From Minisyncoccia bacterium (GTDB lineage: Bacteria > Patescibacteriota > Minisyncoccia > Phycocordibacterales > UBA9973), in assembly GCA_038251535.1 (NCBI GenBank), contig JBBSBF010000002.1, positions 2,220 to 66,219 on the forward strand: a stretch of DNA of 64,000 nucleotides. Direction: 5' to 3'. Of the stretch, positions 1 through 9,827 are shown piece after piece; within the stretch, counting starts at the first letter, position 1; each line of letters opens with the position of its first letter. Made by a program: the position numbers and the translations under genes. Below the pieces are notes generated by a model, which was not told the origin of the DNA, made no database searches, and saw nothing but the letters and a program-made list of their open reading frames with translations.

Positions 1-1
1 T

Positions 2-445
2 ATGCAAAAAATAACAAAGACAGAAGAAGAGTGGAAGCGCGAACTCACACCCGAGCAGTACGAGATATTGCGCGGCAAGGGGACAGAGGCTCGCATGAGT
101 AGCGCTCTCTTACATGAAAAAGCAGATGGTACCTATACGTGCATGGCGTGTGGAAACGAACTATTTAAAAGTGATGCCAAGTTCGATAGTGGTACTGGTT
201 GGCCATCATTTGATCAAGCGATTCCTGGAGCTGTCGAAGAAGTTGTTGATGAAAGCAATGGTATGAAGCGCACCGAAGTCGTCTGTGCACAGTGCGGCTC
301 CCACCTCGGACATGTGTTCAACGATGGTCCGACAGCAACAGGACAGCGCTACTGTTTGAACGGAGTCTGTCTAGGGCTTACCCCTGATGGTACTCCAAGA
401 GCAAAACAAATGGATGAAGGCGAAGCAAAGGAAGGGAACTGGTAG
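2..445 (+). CDS. msrB: Peptide-methionine (R)-S-oxide reductase
   Basis: SGTGWPSF, HLGHVF and RYCLN motifs; two CxxC Zn pairs. Confidence 0.95.
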   Translation: MQKITKTEEEWKRELTPEQYEILRGKGTEARMSSALLHEKADGTYTCMACGNELFKSDAKFDSGTGWPSFDQAIPGAVEEVVDESNGMKRTEVVCAQCGSHLGHVFNDGPTATGQRYCLNGVCLGLTPDGTPRAKQMDEGEAKEGNW

Positions 446-454
446 CAATTTTAG

Positions 455-482
455 TTGACAAATATAATAAATATGCTATAGT
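455..482 (+). promoter_or_regulatory. sigma70-type promoter of the orphan gene at 532
   Basis: TTGACA-N16-TATAGT with TG extension. Confidence 0.6.
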
Positions 483-531
483 GGTTTTAGTAAAATACCT
501 ATAGTTCATTATAATTTAAAACCGTAAGCAA

Positions 532-1059
532 ATGAAAGAAATTCTTATTTCCAACAAATTCGAACCAACCGAATTCATCGTGTCTACGATTCCAACAGGC
601 AAAACATATATCATAGGCAAAGACAGATCACAGCTAGTTGCCACAAAAGCAGAAGGTGGATTATTTGACTGGTTATATTTTCGTGATATAGAAGGATGGT
701 TTCCAAAATTGAGATTCGATGACACTGAGTCAGTTGTCGGCAAAGTACAACAGTTTAAAAAAGATATTAGATACCGAAATATTATTAGAGAAGGAAAAAA
801 CCTTGGTATCTACCAGCTATATGATCTCGGCACAGCGTTATTGTTGGCCAACCAACTTGTTATCGCGGGCGCTCTCGAAACAGTCGGTGACCGTATCATG
901 ATTAACTTGAAAGAAAGAAACCGTCGTACTCGCTGTCGCCTCGACATAATTCGTCATAAAACTGACGAACCAGGAGTATCAAAAGTAGGGATAGGGATTT
1001 TTCGTATCTATCACAACGATTGGTATTTTAAGAGTAACGGCGTGCTCTTTGGTAATTGA
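532..1059 (+). CDS. Hypothetical protein (AT-rich orphan)
   Basis: 175-aa ORF with own promoter and terminator; no motif recognised. Confidence 0.7.
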   Translation: MKEILISNKFEPTEFIVSTIPTGKTYIIGKDRSQLVATKAEGGLFDWLYFRDIEGWFPKLRFDDTESVVGKVQQFKKDIRYRNIIREGKNLGIYQLYDLGTALLLANQLVIAGALETVGDRIMINLKERNRRTRCRLDIIRHKTDEPGVSKVGIGIFRIYHNDWYFKSNGVLFGN

Positions 1060-1087
1060 TACTTTTCACTTTGATTTAAGTTCTTAG

Positions 1088-1118
1088 AACCTTTGATTTT
1101 TTAATCAGAGGTTTTTTT
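1088..1118 (+). terminator. Intrinsic terminator
   Basis: aacctttgatt/aatcagaggtt hairpin followed by a T run. Confidence 0.65.
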
Positions 1119-1160
1119 ATTACCTTTATTTTTATACTTCATTCTGCTAAGCTCGTTTGT

Positions 1161-2108
1161 ATGGAGCACACAGAAGAATTTCAAATCTTTCTCTTCTACA
1201 AATATGTCCGCATAGACAATCCGCAAGAAACGCGCGATTGGCTTTTTGCGTTGTGTACCAGGCTTGGAATCAAAGGTCGACTCATTGTCGCAACCGAAGG
1301 AATCAATATCACTTTGGAGGGAAAGGTTCAAAACACCGAAGCCTTCATTATAGAACTCGAAAGAGATGAGCGCTTCCTAAATATTCATTTCAAGCGAAGT
1401 ATTGGCACGGGAGATTCATTCCCAAGGCTTTCAGTGAAAGTCCGTGATGAGATTGTCTCGCTTCACCTCGGCACGTGCGACATCGATCCAAACAGTCTCA
1501 CTGGTACCCATCTCTCGCCGGAAGCATTGCATACTTGGATTGCAGACAAGAAGGAGTTTTATATCATCGACATGCGAAATGCCTACGAGCATGCGGTCGG
1601 GAAATTTAAAGACTCGATTTGTCTTCCTATGAATAACTTTCGCGATTTGCAAAAAGTCGTCAAATCTCTCTCACATGTAAAAAATAAAACAGTACTGACT
1701 GTATGCACTGGTGGTGTACGATGCGAAAAGGCAAGCGGGTATTTATTGAGCCAAGGATTTACTGACGTCTATCAACTTGATGGAGGGATTGTTTCATATA
1801 TGGAAAAGTATCCGAACGAAGACTTTGAAGGCAAGCTGTATGTCTTTGATGGACGGGTTGCAATGGGGTTTTATACTGATGATCCAAAACATGTCGTGAT
1901 TGGCACATGCGAACAGTGTGGTGCGAAATCTGAAAACATCGTCGACTGCCGAAGCGGCACCTGCAATGGACAGTTCATCATTTGTGATGAATGCGAGAAG
2001 GAGCAGCTCGATGAAAAGGGGATTACTTACTGCCCAAAAGGCTGTCAAGGGAAGGTAAAAAGCCCGTTTAGAAAAATAGTACATATAGTCAAAAAAATAT
2101 TTATATAA
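1161..2108 (+). CDS. trhO: Rhodanese-domain protein, UPF0176/YceA family (tRNA U34 hydroxylase TrhO-like)
   Basis: FYKY..EGIN N-terminus, CTGGVRCEK, LxGGI..Y, C-terminal Cys cluster. Confidence 0.85.
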   Translation: MEHTEEFQIFLFYKYVRIDNPQETRDWLFALCTRLGIKGRLIVATEGINITLEGKVQNTEAFIIELERDERFLNIHFKRSIGTGDSFPRLSVKVRDEIVSLHLGTCDIDPNSLTGTHLSPEALHTWIADKKEFYIIDMRNAYEHAVGKFKDSICLPMNNFRDLQKVVKSLSHVKNKTVLTVCTGGVRCEKASGYLLSQGFTDVYQLDGGIVSYMEKYPNEDFEGKLYVFDGRVAMGFYTDDPKHVVIGTCEQCGAKSENIVDCRSGTCNGQFIICDECEKEQLDEKGITYCPKGCQGKVKSPFRKIVHIVKKIFI

Positions 2109-2146
2109 AATTGTAAAAACCGTCCAATTTCTGTATAGTTTCTTTA

Positions 2147-2923
2147 ATGGAAATCCCAAAAGGGTCATTGCACCCGATCACACTCATCACCGAAGAAGCA
2201 ATCCGTATACTTACCAATCAAGGCTTTTCTGTTGCGCTCGGTCCAGAACTCGAAGATGAGTGGCACAACTTTGACGCACTCAATGTCGCCCCCGATCACC
2301 CGGCGCGCGATATGCAAGACACCTTTTGGGTGAAGTCAGATGCTACAAAAAGTGATGATACACAACGCTTTGTTATGCGTACGCATACTAGCCCGGTGCA
2401 GATCCGCTATATGGAAACCAACAAACCACCCTTTGCGATCGTCGCACCGGGAAAGGTATTTCGTAATGAGGCTACTGACGCGACCCACGAGATGCAATTT
2501 TACCAACTCGAAGGACTGGTCGTTGCAGAAGGTATTACTGTCGAGCACCTGAAAGGAACACTTCTGTCTTTTTTTAAAGAATTTTTTGGCCCTGATACCG
2601 AGATCCGATTGCGACCAAGTTTTTTTCCGTTCGTTGAGCCGGGATTTGAGGTTGATGTCTTTGTGATCGAAGAGAGCAAAGACCCCGAGCAAGGTCGAGG
2701 GGTAGGTCCTTCGACAGGCTCAGGACAACGCCGTGGGCGTTGGCTTGAAGTATGTGGTGCCGGCATGGTACATCCAAATGTATTTACCAATGTAAAGTAT
2801 GATCCAGCAAAGGTTACTGGATTTGCATTTGGTATGGGTATCGATCGACTGATGATGATCAAGTACGGCATTCCCGATGTTCGTCTAGCCTATCAGGGTG
2901 ATCTTCGGTTTAATCAATTTTAA
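2147..2923 (+). CDS. pheS: Phenylalanine--tRNA ligase alpha subunit (short form)
   Basis: HPARDMQDTF, RTHTSPVQ, FPFVEP, GFAFGMGIDRL motifs. Confidence 0.97.
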   Translation: MEIPKGSLHPITLITEEAIRILTNQGFSVALGPELEDEWHNFDALNVAPDHPARDMQDTFWVKSDATKSDDTQRFVMRTHTSPVQIRYMETNKPPFAIVAPGKVFRNEATDATHEMQFYQLEGLVVAEGITVEHLKGTLLSFFKEFFGPDTEIRLRPSFFPFVEPGFEVDVFVIEESKDPEQGRGVGPSTGSGQRRGRWLEVCGAGMVHPNVFTNVKYDPAKVTGFAFGMGIDRLMMIKYGIPDVRLAYQGDLRFNQF

Positions 2924-2924
2924 T

Positions 2925-4712
2925 ATGAAGTATTCATACAATTGGTTACAAAAACATATCGAAGAAAAACTTCCTCAACCCGAGATCCTCAAAGAGGCTA
3001 TTATTTTTCATGCATTTGAAGTAGAGAGTACGGAACAAAAAAATAGCGATACTATATTTGATATCAAAGTCTTGCCTGATCGAGCAGGAGATTGTTTGTC
3101 GCACTACGGTATGGCGCGAGAAATTGCAGGACTACTGAAACTAACTTTGAAAGAAAGCAATCTAGACGCACTTCCTGATGGAGCACTTATTCTTCCGGTG
3201 GATATAAAGAGTGATCTCTGTCGGCGGTATATAGCAATCCAAATGAACGAGGTGACTGTTGGCCCTTCGCCATCATGGCTTATAGATGCGCTCCAGAGTA
3301 TCGGACAAAAAAGTATCAACAACATTGTCGATGCGACAAACTACATCCTTTTTGATACTGGACAACCCACTCATGCATTTGATGCTGCAAAAGTAGATGG
3401 CGGGATCACTGTGCGACTCGCGCATGACAAAGAAACGATTATTACACTTTCAGAAGAAAATAAATCGCTTTCTCCCGACATGCTCGTTATTACTGACTAT
3501 CTTGGAGCGATCGCAATTGCTGGAGTGAAGGGAGGAAAGACTGCTGAAATTTCGACCAGTGGAACACCGACGACTTCTGTGATTCTTGAAGTAGCAAATT
3601 TTGATCCGACGAGTGTCCGTAAAACTGCACGATCCCTTGGTCTCGCAACTGATGCCTCAAAACGATTTGAAAACAATCTCTCTCCAGAGATCGCATACGA
3701 CGCAGCCTCACAGTTAGTTTCATTGATCAAAGAAATTGCAGGAGGAGTGGTAGTGGGAGTGAGAGATGTACACGCAGTTCCTCAAAAGCCGCGAAGTATT
3801 TCATTTACTGTTTCAGATATACAGCGGATCCTAGGCCTTGCGATCAACGGATACAATATCGAAGATGTGTTTGATCAATATCGGTACGTGTATACAAAAG
3901 AAGAAGACCAATTTGTACTTACTGTTCCAAATTGGCGTCAAGACATACAGTCTGTTGCAGATATCGCCGAAGAAGTGGGGAGGGTTGTTGGATACGATAA
4001 AGTCCCGACCTGTACACTGCCGATCATGTTTACTCCAAGTCATTCACCAGTGTACGAGCAGATTTGGATGACGAAGTTATGGCTTGCAAGAGAAAGGTAT
4101 CGTGAAGTTATGAACTATACATTTTGCAAAGGTGGTGAAGTTTCCATACTGGCGGGCGCAGCTGATAAAAACACACTTCGAAGCAATCTCTCCGATGCAA
4201 TCAAAGATAGTTTCGAGTTGAATAAAAAAAATGCACCGCTTTTGGGATTGTCTGATATCAAACTTTTTGAAATAGGCACCGTCTTTTTCCTTGATCGAGA
4301 AGAAATCCACGTCGCTACCGTCGATAAAGGATTGATCCAAGAACTACCACTTGATACCTTTATTAAGGAGCGAGAAATATCTTTGGTCGAAGACAATGCT
4401 ACGTCAGCGTTCGCAGAGGGCATGTTTACTCCATGGTCGATATATCCTTTCATTACACGTGACGTTGCAGTATGGATCTCTACATCCGAAGATCAGGCGA
4501 AACTGCACGATATCCTTGCTGTATTTGCCCGAGAGTACTGTATGAGGGAGCCAGTCCTGTTTGATCAATTTACCAAGGGCGACAGAACAAGTGTGGCATA
4601 TCGGCTTGTGTTTCAATCGCCGACTAAAACGCTTACAGACCAAGAAGTAGAATCTTTCATGGAAAAACTGTTGGTAGAAATACGCAATCAGTCCTCTTTT
4701 GAACTTCGGTAG
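2925..4712 (+). CDS. pheT: Phenylalanine--tRNA ligase beta subunit (short form)
   Basis: PDRAGDCLSHYGMARE, NNIVDATNY, GQPTHAFD, C-terminal FDX-ACB; ATG 1 nt after pheS stop. Confidence 0.95.
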   Translation: MKYSYNWLQKHIEEKLPQPEILKEAIIFHAFEVESTEQKNSDTIFDIKVLPDRAGDCLSHYGMAREIAGLLKLTLKESNLDALPDGALILPVDIKSDLCRRYIAIQMNEVTVGPSPSWLIDALQSIGQKSINNIVDATNYILFDTGQPTHAFDAAKVDGGITVRLAHDKETIITLSEENKSLSPDMLVITDYLGAIAIAGVKGGKTAEISTSGTPTTSVILEVANFDPTSVRKTARSLGLATDASKRFENNLSPEIAYDAASQLVSLIKEIAGGVVVGVRDVHAVPQKPRSISFTVSDIQRILGLAINGYNIEDVFDQYRYVYTKEEDQFVLTVPNWRQDIQSVADIAEEVGRVVGYDKVPTCTLPIMFTPSHSPVYEQIWMTKLWLARERYREVMNYTFCKGGEVSILAGAADKNTLRSNLSDAIKDSFELNKKNAPLLGLSDIKLFEIGTVFFLDREEIHVATVDKGLIQELPLDTFIKEREISLVEDNATSAFAEGMFTPWSIYPFITRDVAVWISTSEDQAKLHDILAVFAREYCMREPVLFDQFTKGDRTSVAYRLVFQSPTKTLTDQEVESFMEKLLVEIRNQSSFELR

Positions 4713-4753
4713 AAACCTTTTACACCGTTGGCTACATGAGGTATACTGGTCCC

Positions 4754-5284
4754 ATGAAGCATGCAAAAGTAATGATTAGTATCGCAGCACTGGCAGTCAT
4801 CGTAATCCTCGTTGTCGTCAACTCTAGAGGTCGAGTTGACAAGGCCGATACTCAGTTGCCACCACCGGACGCGACCTTGGCGGGACCTCAAGCTCCTATT
4901 CCTGAAAATATGTACGACACAAAAGTACCATTATTAAAAAATCGAACACAATTTAAAGACAATATGAAAATAGAAGTAACAAAAGAAGGCACGGGCGCAT
5001 CTATCACCAACGGACAAACTGCAGTTGTTGATTATGTCGGCAAACTCTCTGACGGTACTATCTTTGATGCAAGTAAAAACCATGGCGATGGATCGTTCTC
5101 TTTTAGCTTAGGGGCTGGTCAGGTAATTAAAGGTTGGGATGAGGGAGTGCTTGATATGAAAGTGGGGGAAAGTCGAACTTTGACCATACCACCAGATCTT
5201 GCATACGGACCAAGTGGGATTCCGCCGGTTATTCCACCAAATGCGACATTGGTGTTTGACGTTACGCTTTTGGGAATTAAATAA
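4754..5284 (+). CDS. FKBP-type peptidyl-prolyl isomerase with N-terminal membrane anchor
   Basis: FDAS, VIKGWDEG, LAYG, IPPNATLVFDV motifs; start could also be 4736. Confidence 0.92.
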   Translation: MKHAKVMISIAALAVIVILVVVNSRGRVDKADTQLPPPDATLAGPQAPIPENMYDTKVPLLKNRTQFKDNMKIEVTKEGTGASITNGQTAVVDYVGKLSDGTIFDASKNHGDGSFSFSLGAGQVIKGWDEGVLDMKVGESRTLTIPPDLAYGPSGIPPVIPPNATLVFDVTLLGIK

Positions 5285-5298
5285 CGACAATAGAAATT

Positions 5299-6804
5299 AT
5301 GAAACAAACAATAAGGCGATTTTCCTTTCCAGTGTATCGTTGGTGGAAACGGCAATCAAAAACAGTCAAAATAATCCTCGGACTTGTTGTCGCCATCTTC
5401 ATCATCGTGTTGGTAAGTAAAAATAACTCGTCAGCCACCACTTCAATCGAAACGGTAAAACGTCAAAACCTTGTTCGAAGTATTTCAGCAAGTGGTATGG
5501 TTGTTAGTTCGACCGATCTCTCGCTTGGATTTGAACAAAGCAAAAAGATCGCCACAATCCCCGTACATGTTGGCGACACCGTTAAGCAGGGAACAATATT
5601 AGCGACACTTTCAAATGGTACTGAGCGTGCAGCTGTCTCTTCTGCAAAAGGAACGCTCCTTGCTGCACGTGCTCGGTATGAAAAAGTGCTTGACGGGTCT
5701 TCTAACGAAGAAATAAAACTTGCACAGATCCAACTTGATAATGCAAAAAGAACGCAGGCAAACTTTGTTGCGAACGCACGACGCAAGCTCTTCTCAGACA
5801 GTCTTATCGCCGACCCACAAAGTGGCACTAGTGACACTGCTCCAGTTATCACTGGCAACTTTAACGGAGAAGATGAAGGTGAATATCGGATATCTTTTTC
5901 AGCGACGAGTAATAACGATGTTCGGTACAATGGCATCGAACAAGGGACAACTGAGCTCAGTGACTTACCAAAGCCGTTGGGAACAAAAGGTCTGATGATT
6001 GCCTTTTATGGAGCAAACTATAACACCAATAGTAGCTGGAAGGTGTTGATTCCCAATAAAAATAGCACAAACTATACCAACAACCTCAACGCATACCAGG
6101 CAGCCCAGGCGAGTGCAGATGCAGCTATTGCCGAAGCACAAGCCAAACTCGATATCACTCGAGCGACCGCTCGGCAACCTGATATCGATGCAGCCCTTGC
6201 TGATATGGTAACTGCACAGGCGGGAGTAGATACTGCAAATGCAGTTCTAGAAAAAACGATACTCCGCGCTCCAGCTGACGGCACGATCACAGCAGTAAAC
6301 GTAAAGGTTGGAGAAATACCTCAGCTCGACAAGATCGCCATTGCACTCCAGGATGTATCAAACCTATACCTTGAAGCAAATGTAAATGAAAGCAATATCA
6401 AGAGCGTTCTCATTGGACAACCAGTTTCTGTTACTTTCGATGCGTTTCCTGGTGATACGTACCACGCCAGCGTTTCTTCTATTGACCCTGCTGCGACGAT
6501 TGAAAATAACGTCGTCAACTACAAAGTTAAGGCACTTTTGACTGACACTGCAGGAATCAAGCCAGGTATGACGGCAAATATGGTTATCAAAACAGCAGAA
6601 TTATTTAGCATACTTGTACTACCAAATCGTGTGATCGATACAAAGGATGGTATACAGAGTGTATTACTTGTTACTGATGAACGACACGACAAGGCGGTCG
6701 AAAAACCGGTAACGATCGGACTAAAGGGGGATGGGGATATGGTCGAAATACAAAGTGGATTGTCCGAAGGTGATCGGGTTAAATGGATAGCGAAAACAAA
6801 ATAA
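5299..6804 (+). CDS. Efflux periplasmic adaptor (MacA/HlyD-like membrane fusion protein)
   Basis: TM anchor, lipoyl half-motifs (VGDTVKQG, APADG), alpha-hairpin; operon with ABC genes. Confidence 0.85.
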   Translation: MKQTIRRFSFPVYRWWKRQSKTVKIILGLVVAIFIIVLVSKNNSSATTSIETVKRQNLVRSISASGMVVSSTDLSLGFEQSKKIATIPVHVGDTVKQGTILATLSNGTERAAVSSAKGTLLAARARYEKVLDGSSNEEIKLAQIQLDNAKRTQANFVANARRKLFSDSLIADPQSGTSDTAPVITGNFNGEDEGEYRISFSATSNNDVRYNGIEQGTTELSDLPKPLGTKGLMIAFYGANYNTNSSWKVLIPNKNSTNYTNNLNAYQAAQASADAAIAEAQAKLDITRATARQPDIDAALADMVTAQAGVDTANAVLEKTILRAPADGTITAVNVKVGEIPQLDKIAIALQDVSNLYLEANVNESNIKSVLIGQPVSVTFDAFPGDTYHASVSSIDPAATIENNVVNYKVKALLTDTAGIKPGMTANMVIKTAELFSILVLPNRVIDTKDGIQSVLLVTDERHDKAVEKPVTIGLKGDGDMVEIQSGLSEGDRVKWIAKTK

Positions 6805-6808
6805 AAAA

Positions 6809-8086
6809 ATGGTTCAGAAAAAAAGCAGTTGGGTAAAAATAAAAACCGATAGCACTGTAGGGATGTTTTTGGCGAAGCGTGATATTAAGCGGGCTAACCC
6901 ATGGACGACAATCCTTATCGTTTTTGTCATGCTCCTTACCTTTCTGAACCTTGTCGTTGTGTCGGGGATATTGGTTGGATTGATCGAAGGCTCAGTGAGT
7001 GCAGATGAAAGGTATTCTTCGGGTGATATATTGATATCCCCATTTCTAAACAAGTCCTATATCGAACAGACCCCCGAGGTTGTCGCGACTGCAAAAACAG
7101 TGCAGGGGTTTCAGGCACTCGCCGTGAGATACACTGCAGGTGCACGTGTTGAGTCAAATTATCGAACAACGATTCGACCGGATGAATTGCGCGACGGTGC
7201 GGGCGCGTCGTTATTGGGGATTGATCCCACAGTTGAACATGCATTTTCAGGTGTCGATAAGTTTATTATCGAAGGATCGTTTTTAGAACCAGGGGATAGT
7301 GATAGTGTCGTACTCGGTAAAAACCTCTTGTATAAATATACTCCGATTGAAGCTCCTGGGTTTCAGACACTCAAAGATGTTTCGATTGGATCTCAAATCA
7401 AAATTACTATTGGGGATGTGCAAAAAGAGTACTATGTGAAAGGTATTATTTCGAGTAAGGTCGATACGTTTGATGGATCGGTGATCATGCTTGATAGTGA
7501 AGCGCGAAAGCTTATTGGGCGTTCGGATTATAATGCAAATCAAATTGCGATTCGCCTTGTTCCAGGGACCGATCCAGTCGTTGCAAAGGCGATGTTGTTA
7601 GAAAGCGGTGCTGGTCAGTACGGACGAGTACAGACCCACGATGAAGCATTGCCCAAATTCCTCAAAGACATCCAAGCGACATTTGCCATACTGGGAAATG
7701 CGATTAGTTCTATCGGGCTTGTCGTGGCGGCAATCACGATATTTATCGTTATCTTCGTCAATGCGATTACACGCAGGCGGTATATTGGTATTTTAAAAGG
7801 TATTGGGATTACGCCTCGAGCAATTGCTATTTCGTACATTGTGCAATCTATTTTTTATGCTCTCGCAGGTTCTATCATCGGTATTGTTGTAGTGTTTGCA
7901 GTATTGAAACCGCTTTTTGTCGCGCATCCGATTGATTTTCCTTTTTCTGACGGGATTCTCGTTGCGACAGTACCAGGAACGTTGGCGCGTACGGCGATAT
8001 TACTCATTGCGACTATCGTTGCCGGATATATTCCCGCTCGAATTGTCATTAAACAAAATACGCTTAGTGCGATTTTAGGAAGATAA
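6809..8086 (+). CDS. ABC transporter permease, MacB/FtsX family
   Basis: 1 TM, large extracytoplasmic domain, 3 TM; RRRYIGILKGIG motif. Confidence 0.85.
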   Translation: MVQKKSSWVKIKTDSTVGMFLAKRDIKRANPWTTILIVFVMLLTFLNLVVVSGILVGLIEGSVSADERYSSGDILISPFLNKSYIEQTPEVVATAKTVQGFQALAVRYTAGARVESNYRTTIRPDELRDGAGASLLGIDPTVEHAFSGVDKFIIEGSFLEPGDSDSVVLGKNLLYKYTPIEAPGFQTLKDVSIGSQIKITIGDVQKEYYVKGIISSKVDTFDGSVIMLDSEARKLIGRSDYNANQIAIRLVPGTDPVVAKAMLLESGAGQYGRVQTHDEALPKFLKDIQATFAILGNAISSIGLVVAAITIFIVIFVNAITRRRYIGILKGIGITPRAIAISYIVQSIFYALAGSIIGIVVVFAVLKPLFVAHPIDFPFSDGILVATVPGTLARTAILLIATIVAGYIPARIVIKQNTLSAILGR

Positions 8087-8088
8087 TT

Positions 8089-8763
8089 ATGATTACTGTT
8101 AGCAATTTATTCAAAATATTTAAAAGCGGAGAGCAAGTTATTAAGGCCGTAAATGATATTTCATTTACGGTACCTGATGGTCAGTTTGTGGCGATTACGG
8201 GTCGATCCGGTTCTGGTAAATCGACTCTTTTGTATCAACTGGGTCTTCTCGATCGTCCAACGAGCGGCACAATCTTTCTTGATGATAGAGACATTACTGC
8301 GCTCTCTGATAAAGAACAGATTACGCTCCGTCTACACTCACTCGGTTATATTTTTCAAGACTATGCCATATTGCCAAGTTTGACTGCGCTTGAAAATGTC
8401 ATAGTACCTCTTTTGATGCAAGGACTAGACCAAAAAACTGCAACAAAGAAAGCAACGACAGCACTAAAGCGCATTGGGCTCGGGGATCGATTACACAACC
8501 TACCCGGGCAGCTTTCTGGTGGGCAACAGCAGCGCGTCTCCATCGCTCGAGCGATCGGCCATGATCCAAAGATTGTCTTTGCTGATGAACCAACTGCAAA
8601 CCTTGATTCTGAAACTTCGCAAAACGTGCTCGATGCATTTCTTGAGCTAAACAAAGAAGGCCAGACGATCATTATGGTTACCCACGAACCAGAGTACGCA
8701 GCGCTTACTCACCGAGTCATTACACTTGATGACGGCAAGCTCGTTTCAGATGTTATGAACTAA
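8089..8763 (+). CDS. ABC transporter ATP-binding protein (LolD/MacB-like)
   Basis: GRSGSGKST, LSGGQQQR, ADEPT. Confidence 0.95.
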   Translation: MITVSNLFKIFKSGEQVIKAVNDISFTVPDGQFVAITGRSGSGKSTLLYQLGLLDRPTSGTIFLDDRDITALSDKEQITLRLHSLGYIFQDYAILPSLTALENVIVPLLMQGLDQKTATKKATTALKRIGLGDRLHNLPGQLSGGQQQRVSIARAIGHDPKIVFADEPTANLDSETSQNVLDAFLELNKEGQTIIMVTHEPEYAALTHRVITLDDGKLVSDVMN

Positions 8764-8822
8764 GCTAAAAACTGCATCATTGCGTTTTTGCCCAAATTCT
8801 AAAGGCGAGCTATACTACTGCC

Positions 8823-9623
8823 ATGACTACATTTATCGAAAAATACCAAAACATTATTATTCGAATCATCGTTGGGGTTGGCATACTACTATCACTGTTT
8901 CTCCTTACTGCAACACTTATCAAAATGAAGGAGTATCGATTTGTCGGTACTGGAGTTTCTGCGACAAATACTATTACAGTAAGCGGAACAGGGAAGATTG
9001 ACCGTGCTCCTGATACTGCAAAAATTTCATTTACGATACAGGACGAACAAAAAGACCTCAAAACAGCACAGGATAATGTAAGCAAGAAAATCGATACCGT
9101 AACAAAGCAATTAAAAACGATCGGCATTGATGAAAAATACATCAAGACTGATTCGTACAATTCGTACCCTCAGTATGATTATGTCAACACAATCCGATGT
9201 ATCACGACACCGTGTCCAACAAACAGCACTCCAGTGCTTCGTGGATATCAGGTGTCACACAACGTAACCATAAGTGTGAAAGCACTCGACAGTGTCCCAA
9301 AGGTGCTTGGAGTATTGGGAGACAATACCGTGACCAATATTTCAGGACCAAACTTTGGCTTTGAAGACGACAAGGCAATCGCACGAGAGGCGCGTGATAT
9401 GGCGATAGATGACGCAAAAAGTGAGGCACAAAAGTTGGCAAAATCTCTCGGAGTACACCTCGTGCGCATCGTGTCATTTAGCGACAATAATGGCGGTGGA
9501 TATCCAGTACCAATGTATGCGGCAAAAGATAGCATGATGGCAACGAGTGCTTCCGCACCGAGCCTTCCAGTTGGAGAGCAAAACATCCAATCAACCGTAA
9601 CGTTGGTGTACGAAATACAGTAA
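8823..9623 (+). CDS. SIMPL/DUF541 domain protein
   Basis: TITVSGTG..PD, AREMAIxDAKxxA..LA pattern, N-terminal TM. Confidence 0.85.
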   Translation: MTTFIEKYQNIIIRIIVGVGILLSLFLLTATLIKMKEYRFVGTGVSATNTITVSGTGKIDRAPDTAKISFTIQDEQKDLKTAQDNVSKKIDTVTKQLKTIGIDEKYIKTDSYNSYPQYDYVNTIRCITTPCPTNSTPVLRGYQVSHNVTISVKALDSVPKVLGVLGDNTVTNISGPNFGFEDDKAIAREARDMAIDDAKSEAQKLAKSLGVHLVRIVSFSDNNGGGYPVPMYAAKDSMMATSASAPSLPVGEQNIQSTVTLVYEIQ

Positions 9624-9630
9624 GACGTTC

Positions 9631-9733
9631 GTATAAAACATAGCAGTTTGCCGTCGCGTAATTTTCTGCTGAAAATTCGCTCCTTCTCAGACCAGTCGTC
9701 TTGCGAAAGACGGCAAACTGCTATGTTTTATAC
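9631..9733. repeat. Structured repeat, copy 1 (25-bp perfect inverted repeat enclosing two hairpins)
   Basis: 9631-9655 is the exact reverse complement of 9709-9733; core recurs at about 39915-40027 and 40095-40185. Confidence 0.9.
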
Positions 9734-9827
9734 TCACTTTGTGAAAAGTTGACTAAAATCAGCCTGCAGGGTATTATCTTCCTATAGATGCCCCTGGGGC
9801 GTTTTTTAGTAAGATCAAACAATATCA

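Noticed and set aside
9631-9733. Hammerhead ribozyme or simple terminator
   Set aside because: No CUGAnGA core in the correct register on either strand; the 53-nt structured interior is unlike a terminator loop
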